Below, in pieces: positions 62,075-64,000 of a stretch of 64,000 nucleotides of DNA. This DNA comes from Octopus bimaculoides (lineage: Eukaryota). Numbering within the stretch: the stretch's first letter is position 1; each line of letters begins with the position of its first letter. The translations under genes were made by a program, and so were the position numbers. The notes beneath the pieces were generated by a model. The model did no database searches, had not been told where the DNA came from, and saw nothing but the letters and a program-made list of their open reading frames with translations. The stretch spans positions 86,101,249-86,165,248 of the forward strand of contig NC_068985.1 in assembly GCF_001194135.2 (NCBI RefSeq), given 5' to 3'.

Positions 62075-62345
62075 CAAGCTAGAAATAGCAGCTAAATCTC
62101 CTCCATATTTGAAATTTACCATTTAAGAAAGAGATAAAATTCAGCATAATGTCTTTCAAGATAAATTATGCATGAAATAAACCAGATTGGTCATGACAGA
62201 AATACTAATGATCATAGGTCTGCTCAATCCAGACTGACCTAGGGCTAAACAACAACAGCATGGTCGTCCCTGGAACGCCTTTGATCATAGATCTGCTCAG
62301 TCAGAGTTAACTTAGGGTTAAAACACAACAGCAGCAGCAACTGCT
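62075..62345 (+). mobile_element. Family F 3' end with a tandemly duplicated tail
   Basis: GATCATAG(G/A)TCTGCTCA...AGGG(C/T)TAAA(AAC)n appears at about 62209-62258 and again at about 62283-62335. Confidence 0.65.
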
Positions 62346-62594
62346 TCAACTAATTCAATAAATTGGTCATCATAATTGGCAGTTCAATGTAAAACTGTTG
62401 GAAGAAAGACAAATTTGATAGAATATGCACAATACAATTTCGAAATTAAAAATAAAAATGGGAAAAAAACAAAACAAAACAAAATCAAAACAAAATTTAA
62501 ACAAAAGACTGAAAAATACATACAAAACAACACAAAACGTGCAAAAACAAACAAAACTAGTTTCATATTATGTTGGTCCCTTTGAATTCTGGGT

Positions 62595-62625
<31 letters not shown>

Positions 62626-63043
62626 CAGTGGTGGTGATGATGATGATGGTGGTGGTGGCAGTGGTGATGATGATGATGATGATGACTCTAAACATTGATC
62701 TATGATCAGAGAGTCTTGTATTATAATGTTTCACGCAGACATGCTTGAATTATTGTATATCTGAATAATATTGAAGCTATCATTACAGAAATGGTTACCA
62801 TTTTTATTTATTGTTTTTGTTTTGGTTTTGCAGGGTTTTGTTCCTACCCCCACCACCTTCCTTATCCACCAAACTTATTGAAATCTAGTTTTCAATAGAT
62901 TAATGGTTGGGTTTGGTAGTAGATGTTATGTCTGCAAATGTACTAAACACCAGAGTTTAGTGGATAATTGTAGCAGATGCAGTAAAATTTTTCATATTTT
63001 TTGTTTAGGAAATCAGTTATTATTATCATTATTATTGTTGTTG

Positions 63044-63083
<40 letters not shown>

Positions 63084-64000
63084 CATTTGCAAATAATATA
63101 TTATTTCCGAAACAAATTATAGCATGTCTATTGTTTGTCAAGTTAGAAGGTCAATAATAAGCACACAGCTTTGCCCATGTGAATATTACAAATTATTACA
63201 AGTTTTTTTTACAGGCAGGACAATAAAAAAACTCCAAAAGAATCAAAAGAATGTTGAGCATCCAGTTTATGAATCATGGTTCATTTCTTNNNNNNNNNNN
63301 NNNNNNNNNNNNNNNNNNNNNNNNNNNNNNNNNNNNNNNNNNNNNNNNNNNNNNNNNNNNNNNNNNNNNNNNNNNNNNNNNNNNNNNNNNNNNNNNNNNN
63401 NNNNNNNNNNNNNNNNNNNNNNNNNNNNNNNNNNNNNNNNNNNNNNNNTATATGATTCGCCATGCTGGACTGCTGAAAACTACAAGTTTATTTTCTTTTA
63501 TTCCTTTCTGTTGAAGAGCATAGGCTTGAAACGTAAAAGACTTTTTCATTTTCCCAAGTGTAAAACTAATACATTTGCTTGCTCTTCATACACCTCTCTT
63601 TGTTTTTTGTTTTTCTATAAATTTCGACTATATATACATATATATCTAAAATTATTAAATAGTGCAATACAGTAGTATTGCTTCCCAGTAAAACAAAGCA
63701 TCATCAGGTTAAAGTATAGGTAAGATGGTGTTACAACAATGCAGTGAAGCTTTATTATAGCATCGTTGCAGAAAATGTGCAAAAAAACTGACATTAATCC
63801 TCCAAATCAGTAAAAATTTGCAAGACATTCCAAAAATTCTCCAAATGAGATTCTTATGTGAACAGATATACACACTTGGGTGTATGCATCGACAAGTCAA
63901 GCAACACACCAACTCAACCACATATTTACAAACACTAGGAACTCTCTTACACAAAATGTCTTGTTGCTTTGTTAGTGACTGGCTTGAACTCTTTCAAAAA

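Overview
AT-rich eukaryotic draft-assembly sequence with 11 N-gaps, almost all bordered by microsatellites. The repeat families point to an octopus (cephalopod) genome; this is inferred from recalled SINE and RTE families, not from a database search. I found no intact protein-coding gene, rRNA, genuine tRNA or CRISPR array, and nearly all long ORFs in the track are microsatellite or gap artefacts. The window reads as a giant intron or intergenic interval filled with transposable-element debris. DNA transposons: two mariner remnants, an internally deleted DD37D (maT) element with both TIRs and a nested RTE insertion, a scattered SPIN/GTF2IRD2-like hAT transposase, and MITEs. Retrotransposons: many 5'-truncated RTE LINE ends (one apparently young), a HERO-type restriction-like-endonuclease LINE, probable Penelope-like remnants, and several tRNA-derived SINE families. 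The most interesting non-TE signals are a textbook recursive-splice (AG|GTAAGT) site at 44,954 on the + strand, a promoter-like motif cluster at 1.1-2.6 kb, isolated candidate exons on the - strand (best at 30,871-30,967), and closely spaced inverted RTE pairs that would form ADAR-substrate hairpins if transcribed. All gene-model statements are hypotheses.
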